Source: Mycobacteriales bacterium (lineage in GTDB: Bacteria; Actinomycetota; Actinomycetes; JAFAQI01). Taken from it: a stretch of 64,000 nucleotides of DNA. The position numbers and the translations under genes were made by a program. Of this stretch, positions 39,610-47,596 are shown one piece after another. How positions within the stretch are numbered: the first letter of the stretch is position 1; each line of letters begins with the position of its first letter. Below the pieces are notes generated by a model that worked only from the letters and a program-made list of their open reading frames with translations, had not been told where the DNA came from and did no database searches. Location: the NCBI GenBank assembly GCA_035545635.1, contig DASZXY010000024.1, positions 130,685 to 194,684 of the forward strand, in the 5' to 3' direction.

Positions 39610-41649
39610 GTGACCAACGCGCAACAGAGTCGTGCCCGAAAGTCCCTGATCTCGGCGGTTGGTCTCGGGTTGGTGATCGGCGCCGCGGGTCTGCCCGCGG
39701 CATCGGCCGCTGCGCCCACCGCGCTGCCGAGCGACGGCCCGAAGGTGCTGGACGCGCCCGCGAGCCTGGTCGGGCTGGCACCTACCTTGCCCGACGGCGT
39801 CGTGCGGTCCAGCACCTCGCCGCACAGCACCTGGCACCCGGGCAAGGCGATCTACGGCACCGCATCGCACAACAACATCGCGGTCAGGGGTGCCGGAGGT
39901 ACGACGATCCGGGTGAACCTGATCTACCCGACAACCCACGGCAAGCCGGCGAAGGGCAAGTTTCCGGTCGTCATGACGATGACGCCGTACGGCAAGGGCT
40001 CCGGCGGCTCGAGCGGACCGGGCACTGCGCAGAACCCCGGCGGGGGCAGTGTCACCGGAGGTGCCAACAACTACCTGGTTCAGCGCGGCTATCTCAACGT
40101 GGTCGAGGACGTGCGCGGGACGGGAGACTCCAACGGCCAGTGGGGGCTGTTCGACCCGATCCAGCAGCGCGATGCCATCCGCGTCCTCAACTGGGCAGCC
40201 CATCTCAGGCACTCCAACGGCCGGGTGGGCACCTACGGTCCGTCGTACCTCGGCATCGACCAGGGACTGCTCGCCGGCACGGTGGGCAAGCACTCGCCGT
40301 TGAAGGCGATCTTCCCGCTGGTCATGGCTAACGACTCGTATCGCGACACGGCGTTCATGGGCGGGCTGCTGGACGCCGAGTTCAGCACCGCCTACCTCGG
40401 GCTGACCGGAGCACTCAACACCGCCAACCCCCTGCAAGACACGACGAGCGACCAGGACCTCCTGAGCCAGCTCGCGTCGATCGAGACCGATCACGTGAAC
40501 GGCCTGGCGAGCTACCACGCGGCCTTCACGGCGAGCACGCTCGCCGGCGGGCCGCAGACCTATGACGGCACCTACTGGAAAGACCGAGCGCCGGGGCAGC
40601 TGCTGAAGCGGATCGTCGCGAACCGCATACCGGCGTTTCTGATCGGTGGCGAGTTCGACATCTTCCAGCACGGCGAGCCGCTCAACTACGCAGCGCTGCA
40701 GAACGCGTGGGCGCATCGTCCGATCGCCACACCGATGCGATCCGGTCAGAAGGTGACAGGCCGCTACCAGCTGATCGATGGGCCGTGGGAGCACCTCAAC
40801 GGCTCCAGCGTCGGCGTCGACGAGCTCGAGCTCGAGTGGTTCGACACCTGGCTCAAGCACAAGCGCACCGGGATGGCGCACACCCCGACACCACTGCACT
40901 ACTACGACCTCGGCACCGGGACGTTCAACGAGACGACGACCTATCCGTTCGCCGACAGCCAGGCGTCGCGGTTCTATCTCGGAAGCAACGGGTCGCTGAC
41001 GACCAAGCTCCCGGCCGCGGGGTCGACGTCGATCGACTGGCTGCCCGCGGGCAGCCCATGCGGCCGGCCGGTCGACCAGTGGGCGATGGGAGGCATCTCG
41101 ATCCCGTCGCACACTGCGGGCCTCATGGCGCCATGTGCTGACGACGACACCCTCTCGAAGCTCGGCCCGGGCCAGGTGAGCTTCACGAGCGCGCCATTCA
41201 CCACCGCGAAGACGATTGCGGGGCCGATCAGCGCAACGGTTTACGCGACGTCGACCACGACCGACAGCCAATGGATCGCGACTGTCGACGACGTGACCCC
41301 GAGCGGCCGGTCCTACCCGTTGACCCAAGGCGCACTGCTCGGGTCGCTTCGCGCGGTCGACGCAAAGCGCAGCTGGTCATCGAACGGGATCCGGGTGATG
41401 CCGTACCACCCCTACACCCGTGCATCGGCCGAGCCCGTGGTGCCGGGCAAGGTCACTACCTACGAGATCGAGATCTTCCCGACGCTGGCGACGATCGCGA
41501 AAGGCGACCGGCTTCGCGTGACGCTGTCGACCGCGGACACGCCGCACCTGACGCCGCTCCCGGTCCAGCTGCCGAAGCTGCTGGGTGGGACCTACCAGAT
41601 CAGGTACGGCGGCCCGTCGCCCTCGTCGCTGAACGTCTTGCTGCGCTAG
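39610..41649 (+). CDS. CocE/NonD-family (S15, X-Pro dipeptidyl-peptidase-like) hydrolase, secreted
   Basis: GTG 39610 gives a signal peptide (...GAAGLPAASAAAP). YLVQRGYLNVVEDVRGTGDSNGQW and GPSYLGIDQ nucleophile region. Confidence 0.75.
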   Translation: MTNAQQSRARKSLISAVGLGLVIGAAGLPAASAAAPTALPSDGPKVLDAPASLVGLAPTLPDGVVRSSTSPHSTWHPGKAIYGTASHNNIAVRGAGGTTIRVNLIYPTTHGKPAKGKFPVVMTMTPYGKGSGGSSGPGTAQNPGGGSVTGGANNYLVQRGYLNVVEDVRGTGDSNGQWGLFDPIQQRDAIRVLNWAAHLRHSNGRVGTYGPSYLGIDQGLLAGTVGKHSPLKAIFPLVMANDSYRDTAFMGGLLDAEFSTAYLGLTGALNTANPLQDTTSDQDLLSQLASIETDHVNGLASYHAAFTASTLAGGPQTYDGTYWKDRAPGQLLKRIVANRIPAFLIGGEFDIFQHGEPLNYAALQNAWAHRPIATPMRSGQKVTGRYQLIDGPWEHLNGSSVGVDELELEWFDTWLKHKRTGMAHTPTPLHYYDLGTGTFNETTTYPFADSQASRFYLGSNGSLTTKLPAAGSTSIDWLPAGSPCGRPVDQWAMGGISIPSHTAGLMAPCADDDTLSKLGPGQVSFTSAPFTTAKTIAGPISATVYATSTTTDSQWIATVDDVTPSGRSYPLTQGALLGSLRAVDAKRSWSSNGIRVMPYHPYTRASAEPVVPGKVTTYEIEIFPTLATIAKGDRLRVTLSTADTPHLTPLPVQLPKLLGGTYQIRYGGPSPSSLNVLLR

Positions 41650-42275
41650 GTGCCAGCGGTCTTGCGCGCTTCCTTGTTGCCTTCGATCGTCTCTTCGATC
41701 AGGTCGACCTTCTCGCGCGCCGCGAGCGCCTCGTCGGTGAGGTCGAGGGCCTCCGACTCCGCCCGCAGTGCCTCGGCCTTGGTGGCACGCTCGCGCCGGT
41801 CGATCACCTTCTGCTGAGCCGCCTCCTGTGCCTTGACCGCACGTTCCTTCTTGGCGGCTGCTTGCTCGGCGTCTCGTTTCTTTCGCTCGGTTTCGGCCTC
41901 GATGACGTTCTTTCGCTCGTCGGCGGCCCGAGCGGCCTTGCCGCGCTGCACGGCGATCTCGGCGTCGCGCTTGCGCTCCTCGTCGCGAGCCTGCTGCCGT
42001 TCGAGCTCAGAGGCCTTCTTGAGGGTCTGCGCCTCGCGTAGCTTCTCGACCTTCTCCTCGCGGAGCCGAGCCGTTTCGAGCAGCTCGTCGTCGCGCAAGG
42101 CGATGCCGGCCGCGCCCTCGAGCTTGGCCTGGAGGCGCTCGAAGGCCACGGTCGGCGGCCAGTTCTCGTTGTCCTGCTGGCGGGCGATGCGCTCGGCCGC
42201 TGAAAGCGGCGCGCGCAGAGCTCGCAGGTATCCGGTGGTCACGGTCCGGGGGATCGTGCGGATTGCGCCCATCAC
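41646..42275 (-). CDS. Hypothetical E/R/K/A-rich helical (coiled-coil or single-alpha-helix) protein
   Basis: About 60-aa N-terminal region, then ~140 aa of charged heptad-poor ER/K sequence (REEKVEKLREAQTLKKASELERQQARDEERKRDAE...). Start GTG 42275 or ATG 42272. Confidence 0.55.
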   Translation of the reverse strand: MMGAIRTIPRTVTTGYLRALRAPLSAAERIARQQDNENWPPTVAFERLQAKLEGAAGIALRDDELLETARLREEKVEKLREAQTLKKASELERQQARDEERKRDAEIAVQRGKAARAADERKNVIEAETERKKRDAEQAAAKKERAVKAQEAAQQKVIDRRERATKAEALRAESEALDLTDEALAAREKVDLIEETIEGNKEARKTAGT

Positions 42276-42301
42276 GGGAATTGCCTCCTCTTGGTGGTCA
42301 G

Positions 42302-42799
42302 TCAGCTGTTGTCGTCGGGGTCGGCCGCTTCGGCAGCCCGCTCGGCCTCGCGGGCCTTGGCCGCGAGCTGCGCCGCGTCGGCCTCGGCGTGGGCACGCTC
42401 GGCTGCCGCCTGGCGCTCCTGTCGGTCGAGCGCCTCTCGCTGCGCGGCTTCCTGCTGCTCTACTGCGGCCTCCCGGCGGGCTGCCTCCTGCTGGACCGCC
42501 TGCTCCGCCACGACGCGGTCGCGCTCGATCTGCTGTTCCTTGGCGTCTGCCTTGATCTCCGCCTCGAGGCGGTGGTGCTCTGTCTCGACTTCCTGCCGAC
42601 GCTCGACCACCTCAGCCTTGCGCTGCTCCTGCTCGGCGGCGGCTTCCAGCTTCGCGGCTTCCGCTGCCGCCTCGGCCTTGTCGAGGTGGAGCTCGCCCTC
42701 ACGCTTGAGGTCGTCGTTGCCGGTCAAGGTTCCAGCGACCTGCTTGGCCGCGCCCTTGACGCGATCGGTGATTCCGAGTCCCGAGTTTCCGGTGCTCAC
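42302..42799 (-). CDS. CsbD-family stress protein fused to a long E/A/Q/R-rich helix
   Basis: SD GAAGGAG plus GTG 42799. CsbD core GITDRVKGAAKQVAGTLTGNDDLKREGELHLDKAE, followed by ~110 aa of charged helical low complexity. Confidence 0.65.
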   Translation of the reverse strand: MSTGNSGLGITDRVKGAAKQVAGTLTGNDDLKREGELHLDKAEAAAEAAKLEAAAEQEQRKAEVVERRQEVETEHHRLEAEIKADAKEQQIERDRVVAEQAVQQEAARREAAVEQQEAAQREALDRQERQAAAERAHAEADAAQLAAKAREAERAAEAADPDDNS

Positions 42800-42882
42800 G
42801 CAGGCTCCTTCGCGGTTTGCTTTCAGGGGTTATCCCTTTGGCATGCCCGCATCGGGCCGGCAAAACGCAGGTGTGAGTTGAC

Positions 42883-45021
42883 TCACCTTCGCTGCGAGCG
42901 TGCGGCGGTCGCCTTGCGTGTGGTTGTCGCCTTGCGAACCGGCTTCGTGATTCGGCCGAGTGCCTCGGCAAGTGCCTCGCCGTCGAGCGTCTCCTGGTCG
43001 AGCAGCTGCTGGACCAGGGCGTCGAACCCGGCACGGTGGGTGCGCAACACATCCGTTGCCGACGCGACCGCGGCATCCACGAGGCGTCGTACCTCCGCAT
43101 CGAGGATCTCCTGCTGCTGCGGGGACACGTCGGCGAGCGGGGTGTCCTCATCGAGAAACCCGGCTCCGGATGGCGCGAGGAGGCGCACCGGTCCGATCCG
43201 GTCCGACAGGCCGAAGCGCGCGACCATGTCGCGCGCCAGCACCGATGCGCGAGCGATGTCCGGCTCACCAGCGGTCGAGCCGCTGCCGAGGACGAGCCTT
43301 TCGGCGGCAAGGCCTGAGACGAGGCCGGCAAGGCGGGTAGCGAGATCGTCGCGAGACAACACTGCGGCGTCGTCGGCCGCAACCTGTGTCGTGCCGCCGA
43401 CTGCGCCGCGCGCCAGGATCGAGATTCGGTGAAGTGATGACGGGTCGCCGTGCGCCGCGACGTACGTCGCGTGCCCTGCCTCGTGCACCGCAAGCCGGCG
43501 CCGCTCGTCCTCGCTGAGCAGCCGGCCACGTCGCTTCGGTCCGGAGAGCACTCGCTGCACGGCCTCGTTGATGTCGGAGACCGTCACCTCTCGGCGGTTG
43601 TCGCGGATCGCGAGCAGCACCGACTCGTTCATCACGTTGGCGAGGTCGGCGCCGGTGAATCCCGGCGTGCGGCGCGCGACCTCGTCGAGTGAGACGTCGG
43701 CGGCTAGTGGCTTGCCGCGTGCGTGGATCCGAAGGATGTGCGCGCGGCCCTCGAGGTCGGGCCGGTCGATGGTGATGTGCCGGTCGAACCGGCCGGGGCG
43801 CATCAGCGCCGGGTCGAGGATGTCGGGCCGGTTGGTCGCGCCGACGACGACGATGCCTTGGGCGATCTCGAAGCCGTCCATCTCGACGAGGAGCTGGTTG
43901 AGGGTCTGTTCGCGCTCGTCGGAGCCGCCGCCGCCCGACGCGGCGCCCCGCTTGCGGCCGGCTGCGTCGAGCTCGTCGATGAACACGATGGCGGGTGCGG
44001 CCGCGCGGACTCGGGCGAACAGGTCGCGGACACGCGCGGCGCCGACGCCGACGAGTGACTCGACGAACTCCGCGCCGGCGACGTTGAAGAACGGCACCCC
44101 TGCCTCACCGGCGACCGCCTTCGCGAGCAGCGTCTTTCCGGTGCCGGGCGCACCGAACAGCAAGACGCCCTTCGGCGGTGCAGCACCGAGGGCCTGGTAG
44201 CGCTCGGGATCGGCGAGGTAGTCGCGTACCTCCCGGAGCTCCGCAACGGCTTCGTCAGCGCCGCCGACGTCTTCGAAGCTGATCGTCGACTCTCCGCGCT
44301 TGAGCCGGCCGCGACCGATCGTGCCGAAGACCATGACCTCACCGATCGCCGATCCGCCGGCCCGGGTGACGGTGAAGAGCAAGGCGAACAGGTCCGCGAG
44401 CACCATCAGCGGAAGCAGGAACGTCGACACGGCCTGCACGGCATGCTTCGAGCCTTGCTGGTCGACGAGGTACGGCGTATCGGTGTCGCGCAGGACGTTG
44501 CCGAGTGCCTGGAAAGCCTGCCCGCCTCCCGGTACGGCGGCGTGCAGCACCCCTTGCTCTGTGGCAGGCACCGGACCGGGAGGCAGTGCGCCAGGGGCTG
44601 GCGTTGGCGTGGCCGTGGCCTTGCCCGCCTTCGCGCCCTTCGCGTCGTTGGCGGACTTGTGGTGCCTCTTCTTCGTCTGCTCCGGGGCGGGAACCGGTAG
44701 CGGTCCGTAGTGCGCCACGACGACGTTGTCGAAGTCCCGGAACGTGACCTGCGAGAGCCGCCCCTCCTGCGCCATCGTGCTGACGACGCCGAGGCCGACG
44801 CTGCGCCCAGGGTCAGTTCCGCCATACAGGTAGGACATCGACCAGCCGAAGCCGGCCAGCAGGACGAGCAGCGCGAACAGCAGCAACGCGGCGGTTCCGC
44901 GATGCTGTGTCTTGCCGCGACCTTTGATGGCGCGGGTGCGCGCCCACTGCCGGACGGCGGTCCTCGCCGTCGCGATCGGATCGCGGCGACTCTTCTGCCC
45001 GCTCGGTTCGGGGGTGGTCAT
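42883..45021 (-). CDS. FtsH-family membrane AAA+ zinc metalloprotease paralogue
   Basis: Two TM helices flank a ~140-aa external loop. Walker A GAPGTGKTLLAKAVAGEAGVPFF, Walker B IVFIDELD, SRH ATNRPDILDPALMRPGRFD, M41 zinc motif HEAGHA. Confidence 0.85.
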   Translation of the reverse strand: MTTPEPSGQKSRRDPIATARTAVRQWARTRAIKGRGKTQHRGTAALLLFALLVLLAGFGWSMSYLYGGTDPGRSVGLGVVSTMAQEGRLSQVTFRDFDNVVVAHYGPLPVPAPEQTKKRHHKSANDAKGAKAGKATATPTPAPGALPPGPVPATEQGVLHAAVPGGGQAFQALGNVLRDTDTPYLVDQQGSKHAVQAVSTFLLPLMVLADLFALLFTVTRAGGSAIGEVMVFGTIGRGRLKRGESTISFEDVGGADEAVAELREVRDYLADPERYQALGAAPPKGVLLFGAPGTGKTLLAKAVAGEAGVPFFNVAGAEFVESLVGVGAARVRDLFARVRAAAPAIVFIDELDAAGRKRGAASGGGGSDEREQTLNQLLVEMDGFEIAQGIVVVGATNRPDILDPALMRPGRFDRHITIDRPDLEGRAHILRIHARGKPLAADVSLDEVARRTPGFTGADLANVMNESVLLAIRDNRREVTVSDINEAVQRVLSGPKRRGRLLSEDERRRLAVHEAGHATYVAAHGDPSSLHRISILARGAVGGTTQVAADDAAVLSRDDLATRLAGLVSGLAAERLVLGSGSTAGEPDIARASVLARDMVARFGLSDRIGPVRLLAPSGAGFLDEDTPLADVSPQQQEILDAEVRRLVDAAVASATDVLRTHRAGFDALVQQLLDQETLDGEALAEALGRITKPVRKATTTRKATAARSQRR

Positions 45022-47588
45022 CTCGTTCCTTTCCGGCGAACCCGGGCGAGGTTCGGTTGGGGCTGAGTGCGGACGCGGAATGCGAGTGCTGCCGCACCGG
45101 TGAGCAGCAACGCGGCGGCGTAGAGCATCGGTGCGCCCATGTCAGGACCGTTGTCGTTGACCGCGGGCTCGGTGTCCGCGCTCTGGTTCAGGTCGGCGAG
45201 GGCGAGCTGACTCTGCTGCTCTTCGTTCGTCGCAGCGCCAGTGCCCGGGTTGACGTTCGGGTTGATGTTGCTCGTGAGCGGGGGTGGCGGGGGCTGCGCG
45301 GCGACCGCCGGCGCAACGACGACTGCCGGCGGCACGGCGACAGTCGGTGGGGTGGGTAGGCAGCGGAGGACGACCGACGTGTGGGCCACCGTCGTGCTGC
45401 CGACCGCGCCGGAGAGATTGATCGGTGTCCGGCTACCGGCCGCCGACACCGGGCAGTTGTAGACGACGGTGACCGGGAGCCGGCTCTTCGCGTGAAGGTT
45501 TGCGTGCTCGCGTGAGGCGCCGGCTAATGACGCGACGGAAGGCCGGCTCGAGTGGAGGTGGACCGAGAGCAGGCCGGGAGCGACAACCTGTTCGATCAGC
45601 CGGGCGACCGGACCGGCGAGCACGGCGATCCCCGCCCCGGTGATCGGCACGCTGCACACCATCGGCGCGCCGGCCGGAACGTCCGGACGGCCGTCGGCGT
45701 GGCAGGCGAGACCGCCTTCGGGTGCGTCGGTCCGGGAACCGGACGCCAGCGAGCGCAGGTCGGCGGCCGCGTCATTGAGCCCATCGTTGATGCTGATGCC
45801 GACCAGTCGTACGTCATACGCGCGGAGCGCGTCGGTGGTCGCCGTCAGAGTCGGATACGGCGAGTGCAGGTGCATCGGCGCATCGGTGATCAACACGATC
45901 ACCTTGGTGGCGTCAGGGCGGAAGCCGGCTTCCTGACCGGGTTCGACCCATCCGGGGACGCCCGATCCGGTGATCGCCTGCATCACCGCGGTGGTGTCGG
46001 CCTCGGCGACATCGCCGCCCCCCGCCGCGGACAGCCGGCCAAGCGCCCGGCCGAGGCTGGGCCCGACCGGAGCGATCCGCTGGTCGAGCACGTACAGGTG
46101 GTGCTTGTGCAGCAGGCCGCCGGCGATCTGTCCGCTGCCGCCCGGCAGCGAGATGCCCTCACCGTCGTTGTAGTCGCGGAAGTCCGCGAGACCGACCTGC
46201 AGGTTTGGCGTCGTGTGGCTGAGCGTCTCGATGATCTGCTGCATGCCGTGTCGCAGGCCGGAGATCGCGGGCAACATGCTGTTCGTCGTGTCAACGAGGA
46301 AGTCGACATCGAGCGGTCCCGACCTTGCCGGCACCCGCAGCAGGTAGTGCGCGACCTGTCTCTGCCCGACCTGCAGCGTCACGATGTGCGGGGCGGGAGC
46401 GAAGGATGGCTTCGTACTCCCGAATCCCGCTACGCCGTGCAGCGACACCGCTTCGCCGGGCCGGTGGGCGAGCGGTGGCTCGGTGATGAAGGCCGCCGGA
46501 AAGGAGAGCGGCAGCTCGTAGATGAATCCGGCGGCGATGCCATACAGCACGGGTGGAAGTGCCGGAGCCACCAGCTGTAGGTGTTGGGCGACCAGACCGA
46601 GCGGGCTGATCAGCTGCCACTTGTGCTTTGTCGGGTCGTAGCCGTAGTCGCCGTGCGGCGTGGAGATCGCGCGGACGCCGGGCTCGAGCGAGACGTGCGT
46701 GGCACTCAGGACACCGGACGGGGCGCCGATCGCTCGGGTGCGGCCGCCTGCAACCGCGAGCAACCTGCCGCTTTCCAGGTAGACGTCGAGGTTCGCGCCG
46801 GAGGCGTCGATCGCGGTGATCCGACCCGGAGTCCGGCGCGTGATGGTGAAGCTGTCACCGCCGTTCGGTGAGCGGGAGTAGGCGTTTGCCGAAGCGACGT
46901 CGATGATGTCCGCGATGTTCGGGTCGGCGGATATCGCGGTGAGTGAGCCGAGACCCGGGACGAATCGGTGCTGCCAGGTGATCTCGTTGCCCAGGCCAGG
47001 CGATGAGGCGTAGAGCTGCGAGTCCGTCACGGTCTGCACCAGCGCATAGGCCACACCGGCCTTGTTGGTGGGCTGCAGCTGCGTCACCGTCGCGGCCGGC
47101 GGCAGTCCCGCGCCGGCGAACGTGTAGCTGCCGGTGCCGTTCGCGCTGTGCCACACCGTGGACGTACCAACGCGACCCGCGCTTGTTGCTGTGGTCACCC
47201 ACACGCCGTCAGCGACCGCGACCTGCGTGACGTGGCTCGCGGCGGCACCGCCGGGGATGCTCTTCACCGTCGCGGGGGCATCGAACACGGTGCGCCACGA
47301 GCAGCCGCCGTCGTCCGAGCGCGCGACAGACGTCGCGTTCCAGGCGTAGATCCGGCGCAGCACTCGGGGGTCAGCCGTCGCGCCGAGCAGCGGCAGCAGG
47401 TTGGCGGGGGGCCGGATCGAGGTCCAGCCGTCGGTGCGTGCGATCACTCCGTGGGTGCGCCGGCAGGCCTGCGTGTTCACTCCGGCGCCACCGGGGCTCG
47501 TGCCAGCGATCGCCAGCGGCGCAGCGATCGCAGGCGCGGCGAGCGCAGCAGCGAGCGCGACAGACCATCGCGTCCGGCGGGGTTTCAC
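45018..47588 (-). CDS. Exported, C-terminally membrane-anchored protein with Asp-box region and vWA-like domain
   Basis: GTG 47588 with a signal peptide. SDDGGCSW and SPNGGDSF motifs, MIDAS-like VDFLVDTTNSM ... ADTTAV ... VLITDAP, Pro-rich stalk, TM MLYAAALLLTGAAALAF and a basic tail. The vWA call rests on motifs only. Confidence 0.65.
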   Translation of the reverse strand: MKPRRTRWSVALAAALAAPAIAAPLAIAGTSPGGAGVNTQACRRTHGVIARTDGWTSIRPPANLLPLLGATADPRVLRRIYAWNATSVARSDDGGCSWRTVFDAPATVKSIPGGAAASHVTQVAVADGVWVTTATSAGRVGTSTVWHSANGTGSYTFAGAGLPPAATVTQLQPTNKAGVAYALVQTVTDSQLYASSPGLGNEITWQHRFVPGLGSLTAISADPNIADIIDVASANAYSRSPNGGDSFTITRRTPGRITAIDASGANLDVYLESGRLLAVAGGRTRAIGAPSGVLSATHVSLEPGVRAISTPHGDYGYDPTKHKWQLISPLGLVAQHLQLVAPALPPVLYGIAAGFIYELPLSFPAAFITEPPLAHRPGEAVSLHGVAGFGSTKPSFAPAPHIVTLQVGQRQVAHYLLRVPARSGPLDVDFLVDTTNSMLPAISGLRHGMQQIIETLSHTTPNLQVGLADFRDYNDGEGISLPGGSGQIAGGLLHKHHLYVLDQRIAPVGPSLGRALGRLSAAGGGDVAEADTTAVMQAITGSGVPGWVEPGQEAGFRPDATKVIVLITDAPMHLHSPYPTLTATTDALRAYDVRLVGISINDGLNDAAADLRSLASGSRTDAPEGGLACHADGRPDVPAGAPMVCSVPITGAGIAVLAGPVARLIEQVVAPGLLSVHLHSSRPSVASLAGASREHANLHAKSRLPVTVVYNCPVSAAGSRTPINLSGAVGSTTVAHTSVVLRCLPTPPTVAVPPAVVVAPAVAAQPPPPPLTSNINPNVNPGTGAATNEEQQSQLALADLNQSADTEPAVNDNGPDMGAPMLYAAALLLTGAAALAFRVRTQPQPNLARVRRKGTR

Positions 47589-47596
47589 GGGTCAGC

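Noticed and set aside
42800-42882. SigB/SigF-type stress promoter for the CsbD gene (GGGATA -10-like element).
   Set aside because: No GTTT-type -35 lies at the required 14-17 nt spacing, since the nearest GTTT is 26 nt away. It cannot be supported from the sequence alone.
41271-43432. Several plus-strand ORFs (41271-42041, 41833-42555, 42263-43432) over the ER/K and CsbD genes.
   Set aside because: They are mirror-image low-complexity frames of GAG/GCG/CGC-rich coding sequence. The minus-strand genes have SD sequences and a recognisable CsbD core.
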